DNA of 64,000 nucleotides from Phallusia mammillata (Eukaryota), in assembly GCA_965637545.1 (NCBI GenBank), contig OZ281500.1:10850001-10914000 (forward strand), read 5' to 3'. Both the position numbers and the translations under genes were made by a program. How positions within the stretch are numbered: position 1 is the first letter of the stretch; each line of letters begins with the position of its first letter. Below, piece by piece: positions 48,719 to 64,000 of the stretch. The notes below the pieces were generated by a model that was not told the DNA's origin, searched no databases, and saw only the letters and a program-made list of their open reading frames with translations.

Positions 48719-50209
48719 CTTCCAGCTTACATTTAAGTAATTATCAGTGACGGTAGGTTTCATTTGCCTCTCGGCTTTGTATTGTTCTAATTGGGCGACA
48801 ATGGAACGTGAAAGACATCCTAGCAATAATTAATTACAGTTTGTTCGAGCAAGTTAAAAACACCCTCCATTTTTTCGTGACTTTTAAAACATGTACGGAT
48901 ATATGACTGTTCAATCTTTTGGTATGTACCACAACCATACGCAATACTTTACACACATAACCTGCCTCCACCCAACCATCGCGTTCATAAAGTTGTTTTT
49001 TAGCCGTATTTGCTGTTGGTTGTGTGTAAACTAATATGTAACATATACATACTTTTATACGCTGTATGGTCAGAACGTGTTTGGTTTCAAACGCCTTTTC
49101 CCGATGGTTTCGAAAATGTCGTTTTGAATTTAATCCAAGCCACGAAATTGATTTAAGCATTTGGGAATTGACCTCGAAATCAATTCAATGTAAATTGGTT
49201 GACTGTGAATGGAAATCTACTAATCCGCTTTTTGTATCTTATGGTCTTGTCAATTGATCCCGTTGTTGGCAATGTGCTGCAATTTCCATAACATTTTCAA
49301 CATACCTACCGTCAGGTAACGAGGCCCTATAGGTTTATTTTGCTACACAACATTTGGTCAAGTTATTTTGTAATCCTCTGAAACTACAAGCTTTTGGGTA
49401 TACCTCGTATTTGCACAACCTTGTTCGAAAACAGTTTGCGCATGGACGATAACTGCACAGAAAAGCGGTAAAAGTTATCTGGCAATGGTAGACTAATTAT
49501 TGCAAAGACTTTCGTCAGTAGACGAAATAAAATAATAGTATCGTGTCTACATTAAAATCTCGGACTTACCACAGACCATTGTTATTGATTTCGTTTCATC
49601 TAGTATTACTTCACGCACTAAGTAATGCACTTTTTTAAACTCTTTTCTTTGCTAGACTTACTTGCTTTACTCAGCTAGATTTGCTGCTAGCACAAAGCCG
49701 CCCCTCAAGGGAACTTAAATAATTCATTACCGACCTCACCGTGCGTCGGAACGCGTCGGCGAGTCTATCTAGCGCCTGTATCTGCATTTGTGTAAAACCA
49801 ACAAAGCCAGTCGCCGACGAAGGACTGGCCACCAGCGCCCTTCCCTCACACCCAATTACTCCCTGTCATCACCAAAGTTTCAATACACTCTTAATGCAAA
49901 AAGTCGCAGTTTGTATTTTGCGCAATGCTGGCCGCACAGCGGAAAACAGGCAGTAACACAGCAAATGTGTACAGCATTTTTTTGTCTTCAAAGTCAGTTT
50001 TTCATGATAATCAACTTTGGTGCAAAATTTGCCAAAACAACATCACTATTATTTTTTAAACATTTTTTACGATTTTATTTAGCTTTAAAAAATGTTTGAT
50101 GTACAATAGCTGTTTGTATGGATTACGAATCTACTGCGGAACAGTTTTCGCGTGGAACAGGAAACAACGCAGTTCATCGGATTTTAGTTTTTTTTTGCGA
50201 ATTGTTTGA

Positions 50210-62356
<12,147 letters not shown>

Positions 62357-63582
62357 TTTTAACTGAGACAACTTGATATAAATGGAAACCAAATATTTTA
62401 TTCACTACAACGACGTTTTTAAAAACGTTTTTACTTCTCGCAAACACTTGTTGATTCCGCACAGATGTGCACCGAACCATAACATAAAGTTGATGTCTAT
62501 GGTTTTACGCACATGTTGTTTTGGTAGTTCAAAACTCCTCCCTATTTGCCAATGAAACTTTTTTCAGAGACCTTATGTAATTTAATTTATGTTTTTTTGC
62601 CAGTTAATTTAATTACTATTTTAGTTGTATCTTCATTTTTAAAATAGAACAGTTTCCTGAAATTCGCCAGTTTCGAGCGAGTTTTGGGGATCAATATAGT
62701 AGTAGGCCTATACTCTCTTATTTCGGACCAAAATTACGATGTTGCCCTTGAAACTAAAAGCGGATCCAATACATTATTAGTTACAATTGGTGACACTTCT
62801 CGGTAAGTTGTTAACCAACTTATGCAAACAAACAAAATCACCGCTATCAGTTGTCATGGAGTTAACATTCAGTTCATCTTATATCGCTTGATAACCGCTC
62901 ACTCGAAAGCTATTACAAATTACAACGTTTAAGTCCAGGCATTTAGAATTTTAGATGAATTTGTGGCAGGATCGCACCTGCACAATGGAGTCACATAACA
63001 ATGCACACAGTGTCGGCAATTCTTTATTGAGCAAAGCTACGAAAAAATATCTGCACGAAGACTTGATTTATCAACCAAAATGGACAAGTAGGTTGAGGTA
63101 GCAGTAGGACCAAGGTCTATTTTAAGCTTCTTGTACTAAATATCCATAAAAGCACCTAATCCGTTCAGAACTTTCAACAAACAGCAGAAATCGACAATAA
63201 AGAATATACAAAAGCACACATTTTAGGCAACGCATTTCATATTTCACTATTTGCGGCATACATTACTTTGCAGGCTGCATTATTTTATATTCGGCATAAA
63301 AAAGCGATTAAAATACTTAATACAAAAATCGCTTTTTGTCACAAAAAGCAACAAACTTTTTTCACACTAGCATGAAAAATTGAACGAATAGTAAATATAT
63401 CAACGCATAATAAAACACATTAGGCCGACAACCACGGAATTCTTTCATCTAATGAATGGATTTTGTTTCATCGTCTTTGGAACTTCAGACATATGTCTTC
63501 GATTCCTAATATCAATGTCCTTGAAATCAAGTTATATAATGTTGTCAAAAAAAGACAATTTCTATGTTACTCCCGGTCACTG

Positions 63583-63841
63583 TCATAAGTTACATTGATC
63601 GCCATTTACCGAATTTTCTTCGTCAGAACCAGGCTGCCATAATTCGTCTTGTTCGTACAGGCGTTTAAACTCCTCGTTAGACGGCGTATCATCATCTGAT
63701 GGCGCATTTTCTAAAGCCTCTGCAATATTATTGGTCAAACTGAGCAATTGCATTAACCTAGTTGCTATTTCACATCCATTATGGCGTATTTTAATTTTAT
63801 GTATGTCAACTATCAGGGTCCGGAGGCCTGCATTTTCCAAA
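63583..63841 (-). CDS. Probable terminal coding exon of an unidentified gene entering from the right edge
   Basis: Acceptor-like TTGACAG at 63842, then an open frame LENAGLRTLIVDIHKIK...EALENAPSDDDTPSNEEFKRLYEQDELW...QCNL*. Protein-like composition; family not recognised. Confidence 0.45.
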
Positions 63842-64000
63842 CTGTCAAGTGTTCTCATCAAATATTAAACTATGACCAACTGGGGCTGTATATTCATTTG
63901 TTTCCACATTTTTAGGACAATCCCTACTTAATAAAGACTACTTAATTTTCAAGGTCACAAAATTCTGTGTAAAACGGTTGGCGAGTTCGAATTTGCATAT

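Noticed and set aside
63094-63115. let-7-like TGAGGTAG start
   Set aside because: Diverges after 8 nt; no precursor hairpin seen.

Overview
AT-rich, intron-dense eukaryotic DNA. The compact GT-AG introns and chordate-type gene set suggest an invertebrate chordate, most likely an ascidian; this is inference only. I reconstructed exons by hand from splice sites, phase continuity and remembered homolog sequences. Genes, left to right: (1) 5' part of a BTB/POZ protein (minus, runs off the left edge); (2) DENND5/Rab6IP1 (plus, 28 coding exons, 5796-23179) carrying an apparent 1-nt deletion in an A-run at ~15180; (3) a RERG-type Ras-like GTPase (plus, 29895-43599) with a 10.5-kb first intron and a ~250-aa C-terminal tail; (4) a convergent syntabulin/syntaphilin-like gene (minus, 47763-44208); (5) DDX46/Prp5 (minus, 29 exons, 62356-50210) with an enlarged RS region; (6) a probable last exon of an unidentified gene at the right edge. 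Several hAT-type MITEs have intact TIRs and 8-bp TSDs, including a stacked pair and a nested pair. No rRNA, tRNA or CRISPR array was seen. Best leads: a pre-vertebrate-looking SYBU/SNPH homolog with LC8 motif and C-terminal anchor; PKI-like pseudosubstrate motifs in the RERG tail plus a CRE cluster in its intron; two candidate poison exons and a hammerhead-like fold in DDX46 introns; a candidate neural-type microexon and the frameshift in DENND5.
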